Source: Octopus vulgaris
Lineage: Eukaryota
Length of the DNA: 64,000 bases
Assembly (NCBI GenBank): GCA_951406725.2
Contig: OX597814.1
Location: 113,894,001 to 113,958,000 of the forward strand
Reading direction: 5' to 3'
The position numbers and the translations under genes were made by a program. Numbering within the stretch: position 1 is the first letter of the stretch; each line of letters starts with the position of its first letter. Under the pieces are notes generated by a model. It was given only the letters and a program-made list of their open reading frames with translations, searched no databases and had not been told where the DNA came from. Positions 1-12,455 of this stretch are shown one piece after another.

Positions 1-2693
1 GAGGCGTTGAGGTTGGGCTCTGCATCTCACATTTTAGCGGCGAGAACGGCATTAGACCGTCACCTCAAAACCAAACATGAGGGATGTAGAGTCCGGGCTA
101 AAGTACGCGCATTGGGCCGTGAGGGAATTAATGTTGCCGGATGGGCCCGTACGATAGAAACACAGCGTGGAAACGATGCCACAATTGGGTCTCTTGTTGA
201 TGAAAACGGATGCACGATCAAGAAGCGGGACGAGATGTGTGTGAGGCACTTCACAAGCACTTCGCCGAGTTGTTCGGGAGGTGCGGGACGCTGGATCATG
301 GTGAGGCCCTTAGGGACTTCCTGTCTGGTGGTCCGCGCCTCTCGACACGAGAGGCTGAGTGCTGTGAAGGGCCAATCACAGCCGAGGAAGTAATCGAGGT
401 GTTGGGCAAGTGCCCCGGGGAGAAGTCGCCGGGTCTCGATGGTCTGCCCTATGAATTTTATAGAAGTATGCCAGACTTGTTCGGGCACCTGCTGGCTAGC
501 GTCTACGCCAACTGGCAGCAGAATGGGAGAATTCCCAAGTCTGCGAGCCGGGGGGCGGTGACGTTGATCAGGAAGGACCCGAACAAGGGGGACGAGATAG
601 GGAACTTCAGGCCCATAACTCTGTTAAACACAGAGTTAAAGATTCTGGCCAAGGTGCTAGCAAAAAGGTTGGCGCGGGTCGTGGACAAACTTGTCGGGGA
701 AGCGCAAACGTGCGCTATCCCCGGCAGAACGATCCACGACAATCTCCACCTTATACGCTACTCCTTAGAGAGGGTGGGGAAGCTTTCTGGCGCAGGGGGA
801 GCACTGGTACATTTAGACCAGTCCAAAGCATTTGATAGGGTCGACCATCGGTACCTGGCGGCGGTCCTCGGAGAGGCTGGCCTAGGCCCGACCTTTCGAG
901 GCTGGATCGCTGCTTTGTATAGCGACATCGAGTCTGTAGTCAAGGTGAACGGTTCCTTTTCGAAGCCGTTCAGGATCGAGCGTTCAGTTCGTCAAGGGTG
1001 TCCCCTGTCCTCGCTCCTATACGTATTGGCTCTTGAGCCTTTGCTGCGGAAGTTGGAGGCACTAGGGGGCGCGCCGCATGATCTATGGTGTGGAAGAGGA
1101 GCTACGGCGTATGCGGATGACACCTCTATCATCGTGGCAGACGAAGGCCAGCTTCCAGTGGTGGAAGAGGCCATCAAAAGCTACGAGGCGGTGGCAGGAG
1201 CAAAGGTTAACAAGGACAAGTCGGTCGGTTTGCAACTCGGCACCTGGAGGGGCAAGCCGATGCCGTCCAACAACGTCGTAGGGCGTTGGACGGAAGGTCC
1301 TGTTAAGCTGCTCGGGAGTCTGGTTCGGGCCAGACCTCCAGATTGAGAAAAATTGGAGTGAGGTGGCCAACAAGGTGACCGCTCTAACCCAGACCTGGTC
1401 TGGGCGGGCGTTATCCCTGCTAGGGAAGGCGGAGGTGGTGCAGATGTTTATAGCATCAGTAATCACCTACCGTCTGACCGTGGTGCCTTGCCCCGATTTG
1501 TGGCTGAACAAGTTGGAGAGAATCCTTTTCCGATTTTTGTGGAAAGGAGGAAAGCCACTTGTAAAGCGCCCTGTCTGCTGCCAGAAACCGCTAAAGGGTG
1601 GGCTAGGGATGCCTTGGCTGAGGATGCGAAAACTCGCGTTAAGGTTGAGGCACCTCTGGCTTTACCTGGATGGAGAGCAGGTGTGGTCACCGCACGTCCG
1701 GTTCTACCTTCCCCAGTTAACATCCCTAACGGACATCGGTGCATGGATCAAGCGGAGACCTAAACTGAGTGAATGGCATTTGGAGTGCCGTCAGGCGCTC
1801 CAGCTACTATCTCGGGTGGGCAACGCCGGCAACAGGAGTTCCACCACGGATTTCTATAGCGGGTTAGTGGAGATTAAGTCCGAAGACGCCTTGGGGGAGA
1901 CCCTGGGCTACGATGAAAATCAGTTGGTCAACCTGTTCCGGAGGACGTTCGGGCCGGGGTATCTGGATAATTACCAGAAATCCCTGGCCTGGCAGTGTTT
2001 CCGTGCGGCTTTACCTGTTCGCGACAAGCTGTCAAGGCACGGTAGTGCCGTCTCGCCGACATGCCCGCGATGTGAGCAGGATAGGGAGACCGTCTTGCAC
2101 GCATTCGTGGAGTGTCCGGAGTTATCGGGACTGATAGCTTTTGTTGAACAACTGTTGTCAGTGATGGGAAGAGTACAGCTATCAGCTGAGTCTATCATCG
2201 AGATTGTGCCGCCCCCTTTCCTTAACAGGGAAAGAAAGGCTTGTTTTTTCTGTGTAGTAGCCATACTGAAAGAAACAGTATGGAAGACGCGTACGAAAGG
2301 TATAGTGACAGGCACCTTTGTCTCCGGCCAGGGGTTGATTAACTTTTTTAGTTACCACCTCAGTAGCAAAATCAGGCTGGAGAAGAGGTGTCTGTCACGA
2401 GATATGTTTGTGAAAAGATGGAAGCCTGTGGCATACAAGATGGGTATGTTTGGCACCAGGTAAGTGTGACCGGATCAGAAAGTAAAGGTTCTACCCGGAT
2501 GGCTGGGTGTCCGTCCTTCGACATGATCATTAATATTTTTAAACATTGCCTTCGTAAAATTCATTGTTTATAATCTTATCCGTAATTTCATTCGAAAATT
2601 GTAACTGTGTTAAGCTACTTCACCCTTTATATTTGTCTGTCCTTGTTTGTCCCCTCTTTGTAAATGCCTAAATGGCAAATTATATGAAATAAA
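1..2693 (+). mobile_element. Tx1/L1-clade non-LTR retrotransposon, 3' part of ORF2 (RT + CCHC zf-RVT) and 3' UTR; runs off the window start; two frameshifts
   Basis: ORFs 7-393, 210-1346 and 1363-2463 join into one protein: KSPGLDGLPYEFY, NFRPITLLNTELKILAK, LDQSKAFDRVDH, VRQGCPLS, YADD, GGLGMP, CPRC-x8-H-x4-C. Frameshifts near 240 and 1315 (LLG/VWFG). Ends in AAATAAA at 2687-2693. Confidence 0.93.
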
Positions 2694-3075
2694 GTAGCTT
2701 GCTTACCAACCACATGGTTCCGGGTTCAGTCCCACTGCGTGGCACCTTGGGCAAGTGTCTTCTACTATAGTCTCGGGCTGACCAAAGCCTTGTGAGTGGA
2801 TTTGGTAGACGGAAACTGAAAGAAGCCCGTCGTATATATATGTCTATATGTATGTGTGTGTGTGTGTGTGTTTGTGTGTCTGTGTTTGGCCCCCTAGCAT
2901 TGCTTGACAACCGATGCTGGTGTGTTTATGTCCCCGTCACTTAGCGGTTCGGCAAAAAAGACCGATAGAATAAGTACTGGGCTTCCAAAGAATAAGTCCC
3001 GGGGTCGAATTGCTCGATTAAAGGCGGTACTCCAGTATGGTCGCAGTCAAAATGACTGAAACAAGTAAAAAGAGA
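2694..3075 (+). mobile_element. tRNA-derived SINE family A (internal TA/TG microsatellite), 5' head truncated
   Basis: Matches the recurrent ~400-bp unit (gtagcttgcttaccaaccacatggttccgggttcagtcccactgcgtggcaccttgggcaagtg ... ggcggtgctccagcatggccgcagtcaaatgactgaaac) but lacks the first ~25 nt. Confidence 0.9.
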
Positions 3076-3169
3076 AAAAGAGAAAGATATATATATATAT
3101 ACATACACAAACATACACACACGCACATATATATATATGTATATACATACACACACATATACACACACA

Positions 3170-3203
<34 letters not shown>

Positions 3204-3205
<2 letters not shown>

Positions 3206-4887
3206 TAAACAGTAAAAATAATTACAGACATGGACAAGAACATGAAACGCCACAGAGACGACACAAGAACCACAGGACGGGACATTCGAAGCCCTCAGTC
3301 ATCAGTCAAGAACCAGATCATCTTAGCAATTTCGGCTGATTAATCTTGAGATTGCTCCGATATGGGCAGCCCGCCACGGGAAATCTAAGCCAAGTGCATT
3401 AGATCCCCTGGAAGAAAGCTTCGAATGTATACAACACGAGGACGGAAAACGAACGAAGTACACGAACAAAAATACAGAATACGTGACAACAATAAGAATA
3501 CAAAAACGTAAAAACAATAACGGTAAAAATAAAGTATAAAAAATAAACAACAAAACAAAACCAGGACGTAGGACAAGGGTCTTTCGACAGGACGAATTGA
3601 GCATGGGGCTGGCTTATGAAGTTGTGCCTAATGGCCACAGGGAGACGAACAAGTACGTGTTGCTTCAACGGCTGCTGGAACGAAAAGAGCGCTCAACAGC
3701 GGTCAGCGGTCACGTGAGAACAAAAGACAAGAGAAAGGGACAGATGAAAAGAGAGAGAAGGTGGACGAGGGAGGAGAAGAAAGAGACAGATCGAGGGGGC
3801 TGGAGGTGAGAGAGATAGAGAAACGTAGAAGGGGGGGGGAAACGGATGGAGAGGGAAAGAAAGGAGGGGGAATAAGGGAGGAGAGAGAGAGAGAAAGAAA
3901 GATTAAGAGTCGTATCAATGCTTGAGAAAAAAATATACTTATCGTATAAGGACAATTGTGGATACGTAGCCGCCGATTATATAGGTAAACAGTAAAAATA
4001 ATTACAGACATGGACAAGAACATGAAACGCCACAGAGACGACACAAGAACCACAGGACGGGACATTCGAAGCCCTCAGTCATCAGTCAAGAACCAGATCA
4101 TCTTAGCAATTTCGGCTGATTAATCTTGAGATTGCTCCGATATGGGCAGCCCGCCACGGGAAATCTAAGCCAAGTGCATTAGATCCCCTGGAAGAAAGCT
4201 TCGAATGTATACAACACGAGGACGGAAAACGAACGAAGTACACGAACAAAAATACAGAATACGTGACAACAATAAGAATACAAAAACGTAAAAACAATAA
4301 CGGTAAAAATAAAGTATAAAAAATAAACAACAAAACAAAACCAGGACGTAGGACAAGGGTCTTTCGACAGGACGAATTGAGCATGGGGCTGGCTTATGAA
4401 GTTGTGCCTAATGGCCACAGGGAGACGAACAAGTACGTGTTGCTTCAACGGCTGCTGGAACGAAAAGAGCGCTCAACAGCGGTCAGCGGTCACGTGAGAA
4501 CAAAAGACAAGAGAAAGGGACAGATGAAAAGAGAGAGAAGGTGGACGAGGGAGGAGAAGAAAGAGACAGATCGAGGGGGCTGGAGGTGAGAGAGATAGAG
4601 AAACGTAGAAGGGGGGGAAACGGATGGAGAGGGAAAGAAAGGAGGGGGAATAAGGGAGGAGAGAGAGAGAGAAAGAAAGATTAAGAGTCGTATCAATGCT
4701 TGAGAAAAAATATACTTATCGTATAAGGACAATTGTGGATACGTAGCCGCCGATTATATAGGTAAACAGTAAAAATAATTACAGACATGGACAAGAACAT
4801 GAAACGCCACAGAGACGACACAAGAACCACAGGACGGGACATTCGAAGCCCTCAGTCATCAGTCAAGAACCAGATCATCTTAGCAAT
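3204..4887 (-). repeat. ~780-bp tandem repeat, 2.16 copies, non-coding; Penelope-like/retrozyme-like architecture
   Basis: Units start at 3204, 3984 and 4761 (third is partial, ~127 bp). Copies appear to differ only in homopolymer length. Flanked by (TA)n on both sides. A diverged homolog lies at ~27780-27935. Confidence 0.9.
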
Positions 4888-5379
4888 ATATATATATATA
4901 CCATGAGTGTATAGGTATGTCATAGAGTGACAGCGGTCATGAAGAAGAAGAGAGCAGGAGGATAGACTTGGAAGACAGAGAGATTAGTCCTGACTGAAGA
5001 AATATAACAGGTTATATATTAAGTAACATATGTGTCTGCTAAATCCGGTTCAGCCAGGAAGGTAAATCTATCTTAGATAACCGATATTCTTCAAGGTAAA
5101 GAACACTACTTGTGAGTTAGGAGAACAACTGTTGATATAGTTGTTCTTCGCTAGTTGTTCCCACAGAATGGATTGGTTCCAAAAGATCGATAATATATGA
5201 GACAGAGAGCAGTGTAGAAAGAGACTGAACAGGACAAACGTATATTGTATGTGTGAGTAATTTAACGACTGTAACTTGATGTAGACGGCGAACAGGTAGA
5301 GATTGATAGGCCACCAGAATATGTATGCATACATATACACACATACATACACACACATGAATTTATACATACACACTCA

Positions 5380-5430
<51 letters not shown>

Positions 5431-5634
5431 CATACATAATACATACACACACATATATGTATACACACACGTGTATATACATCTATGTTATATATACAAG
5501 TATGTATATTTTGTAACGCACACACATATACATATATATAATACATATGTTTATGTATATGTATGTATAGTATATATATATATATATATTTATATAAAAT
5601 TATATAATATTTATATATGCAGGAATATGTGTAC

Positions 5635-5733
<99 letters not shown>

Positions 5734-5766
5734 CATATATTCAGGCATATATCATTTTATATATAT

Positions 5767-5920
5767 GTGGCTGTGTGGTAAGTAGCTTGTTTACCAACCA
5801 CATGGTTACGGGTTCAGTACCACTGCGTGTCACCTTGGGCAAGTGTCTTCTACTATAGCCTCGGGCCGACCAAAGCCTTGTGAGTGGATTTGGTAGACGG
5901 AAACTGAAAGAAGCCCGTCG

Positions 5921-5953
<33 letters not shown>

Positions 5954-6170
5954 GCGTGTGTGTGTTTGTGTGTCTGTGTTTGTCCCCCTATCATTGCTTG
6001 ACAACCGATGCTGGTGTGTTTATGTCCCCGTAACTTAGCGGTTCGGCAAAAGAGACCGATAGAATAAGTACTGAGCTTACAAAAGAATAAGTTCCGGGGT
6101 CGACTTGCTCGATTAAAGGCGGTGCTCCAGCATGGCCGCAGTCAAATGACTGAAACAAGTACAAGAGTAA
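5767..6170 (+). mobile_element. SINE family A
   Basis: A-box (tggctgtgtggtaag), B-box-like (gggttcagtacc), internal microsatellite and conserved tail. Confidence 0.9.
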
Positions 6171-6828
6171 AAAAAAGAGAGAGAGTAATATATTTGTGTC
6201 TGTGTGAATGTGTACAGGTGGGCAAAAAGAAAGAGAGTTGTCCAATAGATGTATAAATTAATGAGTTTATCTGATATGTCTGAGAGTGCGTGCAGACAGA
6301 GAAACAGGGAGAGAGAGAGATGAGAAAGGGAAAGAGAGAGAGAGAGAGATGAGAAAGGGAAAGAGGGACAGAGAGACAGATATAGAGAACGAGATGGGAA
6401 AAGCAGAAAGAGCTGGAAAATTGAGCAAGATGCAAAGTGAGAAATATGTTGTAGGATGTCGTAGTTGGCATTGCATCTGGGGATTCTTCGTACAGCTTTG
6501 CGTGCACCGACATGTGTTCAATTGAAGTGAGTGACTTAAAAGGATATATATATATATGTGTATGTATATATGTATATGTATGTATATATGTATATGTATG
6601 TATATATATATATATATATACATATATATGTAGATGTATGTATGTATATATATATATGTGTGTGTGTGTATATATATGTGTGTGTGTGCGTGTGTATATA
6701 TATATGTGTGTGTGAGTATATATATATGTGTGTGTATGTGTGTGTGTGTATATATATATATATATGTGTGTATATGTATGTGTGTGTATATATGTATGTG
6801 TGTGTATATATATGTTTGTGTGTATATG

Positions 6829-6861
<33 letters not shown>

Positions 6862-6878
6862 GTTCATATATATGTATG

Positions 6879-6912
<34 letters not shown>

Positions 6913-6916
<4 letters not shown>

Positions 6917-8118
6917 CTTTGACAGGGTTGATCATAAGATCCTTTTAAGAAAGCTTTCCAATATTGGTGTCACTGGAAAGCTGCTGCACTGGATCAAGTG
7001 CTTCCTGTCAAACAGAACCCAACATGTTGTAGTCGAAGGAGTCAAATCCAGCTCAGCCAAGGTCAGTAGTGGTGTCCCACAAGGCACTGTGTTGGGCCCA
7101 CTTTTCTTCATCATCTACATTAATGACATTACTGATATCATCAAACACAGTAACATCAGAATCTTCACTGATGATTCCAAGCTCCTGAAGGTCATCAATG
7201 ACCTGGATGACCGGATAAGCCTTCAGTCAGACCTACTGGCTGTTGTCCATGGGCGGAAAAGAACAACATGTTGCTAACCCTAGACAAATTCGAACTGATC
7301 CAATTTAGAAGGGAGGATGCTCTGAAACTCCCATACTCCCTTCCTTCTGGTGAAATCCTCATGGCATCTAACAACATCAGAGACTTGGGAGTTACTGTGG
7401 ACAACAACATAAGCTGGGCTACACATATAACCAGCAATGGTGACATGGCCTGCAGAATGTGTTCCTGGATTCTCAGAACCTTCCAGTCGATAGATTCCCA
7501 CACCATTATCCTTCTCTTCTCTACTTTTGCCCGACCTCACCTTGAATACTGCTGTCCCCTGTGGTCTCCCTACACGAAACAAAATAGCATGAAAATTGAA
7601 GCTCTCCAGAGGTCAATCACGAAAAAGATAGATGGCATGTCAGACCTCGACTACTGGGGTCAACTAGAAAAGCTGAAACTGCATTCATTCCAACGACGCC
7701 GTGAACGCAACATTATCTGTATGATGTGGAAAATATTCCAAATGATATTGACATCACCTTCAAAATACATCCAAGACTAGGACCCCGTGCCATCCGTCCA
7801 CAACAAAAATCTAAATCGCATCTATTAACAATACGGCACACTTATTTCACCTCAGTTGGACCCGCTGTCATCAACATTACACCAGGACACGTCAAAACAG
7901 AAACTGACCACACAAAATTCAAGAAGTCTTTGGACAAATTCCTTCAAACAGTCCCGGACAAACCACCCACACCCGGATATATCTCGGCAAACAATAACTT
8001 TCTGCTCGAATGGGCATTGGTGCCCAAATCCTGAATTGAAAGACTTCGCCAGGTGGTGCTTTTAAATTAGACATCGCCTGGGCCAATACTAGCCAAAACC
8101 TTTCTAAGTTATTCTAAG

Positions 8119-8120
<2 letters not shown>
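6913..8120 (+). mobile_element. CR1/L2-group LINE, 5'-truncated RT C-terminus and 3' UTR, decayed
   Basis: [72 protein letters not shown], with frameshifts. Flanked by (TA)n on both sides. Confidence 0.9.
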
Positions 8121-8186
<66 letters not shown>

Positions 8187-8209
8187 ATGTATATATGTAT
8201 ATGTGTATG

Positions 8210-8240
<31 letters not shown>

Positions 8241-8261
8241 GTGCGTGTGTGTGTGTATATG

Positions 8262-8292
<31 letters not shown>

Positions 8293-8438
8293 ATGTATAT
8301 ATATATATGTGTGTGTACATATATATATGTATATATGTATATATATGTACATATATATATATGTGCATATGTATATATATATGTGCATATATATATAAAT
8401 GTATATGTGTATATATATATGTATATGTGTAGACATAG

Positions 8439-8705
8439 TGGAGGCGCAATGGCCCAGTGGTTAGAGCAGCGGACTCGCGGTCGTAGGATCGCGGTTTCAA
8501 TTCCCAGACCGGGCATTGTGAGTGTTTATTGAGCGAAAACACCTAAAGCTCCACGAGGCTCCGATAGAGGGTAGTGACGAACCCTTCTGTACTCTTTCAC
8601 CACGACTTTCTCTCACTCTTTCTTCCTGTTTCTGTTGTACCTGTATTTCAAAGGGCCAGCCTTGTCACACTCTGTGTCACGCTGAATCTCCTCGAGAACT
8701 ACGTT
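8439..8705 (+). mobile_element. tRNA(Arg)-like SINE family C, tail variant 1
   Basis: ggaggcgcaatggcccagtggttagagcagcggactcgcggtcgtaggatcgcggtttcaattccc gives A/B boxes with TCG at the anticodon position; body shared with 47684-47980. Confidence 0.8.
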
Positions 8706-9151
8706 ATACATATATGTGTATATGTATATATGTATATATGTATATGCATATATGTTGATATATATTTTTATATATATGTATATATCTGTATATATGTTTG
8801 TATATATATTTATATATATGTATATAGCTGTATATATGTTTGTATGTATATCTATAGATATGTATATATCTGTATATATGTTTGTATATATGTATATCTA
8901 TATATATGTATATATCTGTATATATGTTTTGTATATATATCTATATATATGTATATATCTGTATATATGTTTGTATATATGTATATCTATATATATATGT
9001 ATATATCTGTATATATGTTTGTATATATATGTATATATCTGTATATATGTTTTGCATACATATATCTATATATATTTGTGTGTGTATATATGTATATATA
9101 CATATGTTTATATATACATGTATATTTGGATATATATGTATATATATATAT

Positions 9152-9480
9152 GTTTAGCAAAAATTTAGATTCAGATGAATATGTTACTTAAGTTGAAGCA
9201 CCAGCGTTTAGTATGGTGTTATCCATACAATTTCAAAGTAAGGTGATTAAAATCAAAAGAAGCCACAAGGATATCTAGAGGTAACGCAGTACGATTGTTT
9301 CATGCAACTCCATTTAATTGAACAATGCAATCATTACATGAATTTAAAACACAGAGCAATCTTCAGCTGCAAAAAGACATAGAATTTTATTAAATTAGAA
9401 TAGATTGACACTTTAGCATAATTATACCTAAAATCTCCAAGAAGTTAAGGAGATAGACAAAGAACATGCTGTCTCACTCC
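9152..9480 (-). mobile_element. Non-coding Penelope-like terminal repeat fragment carrying a hammerhead motif
   Basis: Homologous to 27435-27550 (cagcaaaatttag..ttcagatgaa..ttatccata..aggtgatta.aatcaaaa.aagc.acaaggatatc); abuts (TA)n; contains the HHR at 9286-9370. Confidence 0.6.
9286..9370 (-). ncRNA. Type-I hammerhead ribozyme motif (long stem II)
   Basis: Minus strand: GCAG-CTGAAGA-TTGCTC...GAGTTGCA-T-GAAA-C-AATC-GT-A-CTGC. Stem I GCAG/CTGC, intact CUGANGA and GAAA cores, GUA cleavage triplet. Confidence 0.7.
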
Positions 9481-9749
9481 AGCATAGAATTTACTAAGTT
9501 TTCAAGAAAATATACTTTGTTACAGACTCTGCTTGTCACTGATTTTTTTGTTGTTGTTTTTATGGGGTCAGTTTAAATTTATAGACTAGTTTATCAAATC
9601 CCTTAAAGTTTTCCTTTACCAAAACTCATGATATTGCTTCTAATAAATCTTGATTTTTATGACTATACCAACTATGATGTCTGTCTGCTCCGTCAGCCCT
9701 ACCCCTAACAGATACTGCCCTCTGTTCTCTCAACCTTAGATATACAAGG

Positions 9750-9957
9750 GACTTGAAAGATTTCAGTCTAACGAATCGCCCCCAGTATTTATTATTTTAA
9801 AGCCTGGTACTTATTCTATGGGTCCGTTTTGTCGAACTTCTAAGTTATGGGGACGTAAACACACCGACACCGGCTGTCAAGGTTGTGTGACAACAAACAC
9901 ACACAAAAACACATACACACGCATACACAAACACACATACATAAATATACTGATACG

Positions 9958-10009
<52 letters not shown>

Positions 10010-10590
10010 TACATATATAGGAGTAGGAGTGGCTGTGTGGTAAGTAGCTTGCTTACCAACCACATGGTTCCGGGTTCAGTCCCACTGCATTGAACCTTGG
10101 GCAAGTGTCTTCTACTATTGCCTCGGGCCGACCAAAGCCTTGTGAGTGGATTTGGTAGACGGAAACTGAAAGAAGCCCGTCGTATATATGTATATATATG
10201 TGTGTGTGTCTGTGTGTCTGTGTTTGTCCTCCCCAACATCGCTTGACAACCGATGCTGGTGTGTTTACGTCTCTATAACTTAGCGGTTCGACAAAAGAGA
10301 CCGATAGAATAAGTACTAGGCGTACAAAGAATAAGTCCTGGGGTCAATTTGCTCGACTAAAGGCGGTGCTCCAGCATGGCCGCAGTCAAATGACTGAAAC
10401 AAGTAAAAGAGTTAAAGAATATATACTCAGGACGGCCTTCTTTCAGTTTACGCCTACCAAATCCACTCACTGTGCTTTGGTCAGTCCGAGGCTATAGTAG
10501 AAGACACTTGCCGAAGGTGCCACGCCGTGGGACAGAACCCGGAATTATGTGATTGGAAAGCAAGCTTCTTAGCACACAGACCCGTCTTCG
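9750..10590. mobile_element. Nested SINE-A: plus-strand copy (10018-10418) inside the microsatellite of an older minus-strand copy (tail 9750-9900, head 10428-10590)
   Basis: Reverse-complement tail and head halves flank a complete forward copy. Confidence 0.8.
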
Positions 10591-11059
10591 CTTGTGTATA
10601 TAGATAATGAGAGAAATAGAGAGGTGATATTTTGCTATGCAACAGCTTAAAAGAGTCCTTGAGAATGAAGGAAGCGACATTTATAGAAGTGAACACCTGT
10701 TCCTCATTCAGAATCTACTTGAAGCTAATCAATTTATATATATTGGACTTATTAACTTATAGGTCAGTAGAGAATGTCCTGGGGTTATTTTTGGGACGAA
10801 TTAGCACTGTGGTGAGAATTTGCTTCCGAACACATGGTTCCAGGTTCATTTCCACAGAGCGGCACATTGGGAAAATGTCTTCTACTATAGCCTTTAGCCG
10901 ACCAAAACTTTGTGAGACCACTTGCTAGAGAGAAACTGAAAGACGTCTGTTATATATATATATAATATATCAAAGGGAAATGGAAAATTAATTAAAATGT
11001 TTCACTTCCAGTGGCCTAACGTGTAAAAGTTTAGTCCCAAAGACTATGAATTAGTCATA

Positions 11060-11648
11060 ATATATAGTATACATTTAAACACATAAGGAATCCATTCGTG
11101 GAATTCATCACGCTAGAAAGAACAGCTAGGTTCTATAACCACAAAAAATAGGGATAAAGTTCGACAGGAACGAAATGAAAAAATAAAAACATTTGACCAT
11201 CAAGTTTTAATACCAACTTTTAAAATCGAAAATTATCCCAAAACTTATAATACTTAAACCTGTCAAAGGTGAAATCGTCCTCATAATTTTCGATTTTAAA
11301 AGTTGGTATTTTCTTATTGCCGGCGAAGGGCTGCGTCTGCGCAGTAAATTTTGAAAAATATAGGATATATAAACGGAAGGCATATAGTTTGATTGCCACG
11401 TTATTTATATATTTAACCCAGGTGTACCTGTTGAGGACGATTTCACCTCTTGAGCAAATATTATTTGCTTGTTAAGCTAAAATCAGAAACCAATTGCTCC
11501 AGGAAACTTGATGGTAAAATGTTTGTATTTTTCATTTCGTTCCTGTCGAATTTTATCCCTAATTTTTGTGGTTATAGAACCTAGCTGTTCTTTCTAGTGT
11601 GTTGAATTCCACGAGTGGATTCCTTATGTGTTTAAATGTACACTATAT
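11060..11648. repeat. Long inverted-repeat element (~145-bp arms) with nested inversions and a degenerate HHR
   Basis: 11062-11207 is the reverse complement of 11504-11648; inner IR at 11209-11237/11283-11310; 11267-11283 is inverted relative to 11432-11448. Confidence 0.8.
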
Positions 11649-11747
<99 letters not shown>

Positions 11748-11769
11748 CGCGCGCGCGTGTGTGTGTGTT

Positions 11770-12210
11770 AGGTTCTAGGACTGCTTCAGAAATTGTTCTG
11801 ACTGACACAAACAGGAGTTTCAGTTGTTGATTGAGAGAGACGGATGGAGGAAGAGGGTGCACAGTGGTTGTTCGAAGTTTGAAAGAGAGAAAATGAGGCA
11901 TGAGAAGATTAAGAGATGGCTTAGAAGGAATGAACCTGTGGAAAATGAAGGAATGTTGCTTTTTGTGTGTTTCATTTGTGGGAGAAAATGCTTGAGTCTT
12001 GCAGGTCTGGTCAGCCATCAGGGAACTCACAAGAATCAATCCCTTGGAAATTGTGATACGGCTATTGTTTACAACAGAACATGTGCAACCTGTGGAAAGA
12101 CGTGCCTTTCAGTTGGTGGATTGAAATGGCATGTCAAGAGTTCACCTGGCCCTTCTGTGAGCAAAAACAACTGTTCATTATGCAATAAAATGTGCAAATC
12201 CTTGCCTTTT
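11770..12210 (+). mobile_element. RTE-clade LINE C-terminal fragment with C2H2 zinc fingers
   Basis: ORF 11824-12231: RDGWRKRVHSGCSKFE..KR..R (RTE C-terminal pattern), then CFICGRKCLSLAGLVSHQGTH, CATCGKTCLSVGGLKWH and CSLCNKMC. Confidence 0.7.
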
Positions 12211-12372
12211 TTCTTCAATATTCAATTTTGATTGCAATAGCCGGTCCTTTTGGTCCAATTATGGTATCTCCAGTTGCTCCAGATACTAAAGTATCAAAAA
12301 TTGTCAAAGTGTAGTACAACAGTTATGCTATGGAATGGTGCAACTATTTTTTATTTTTCTGCATAATAGCAA

Positions 12373-12454
<82 letters not shown>

Positions 12455-12455
12455 T

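Noticed and set aside
5020-5095. HHR-like minus-strand TTGAAGA...GACACATATGTTA
   Set aside because: Core doubly mutated and no stem I pairing; too weak to call.
8439-8515. Possible tRNA-Arg gene (also 47684 and 59863)
   Set aside because: No proper acceptor stem or terminator; continues into a repeat body, so these are SINE heads.
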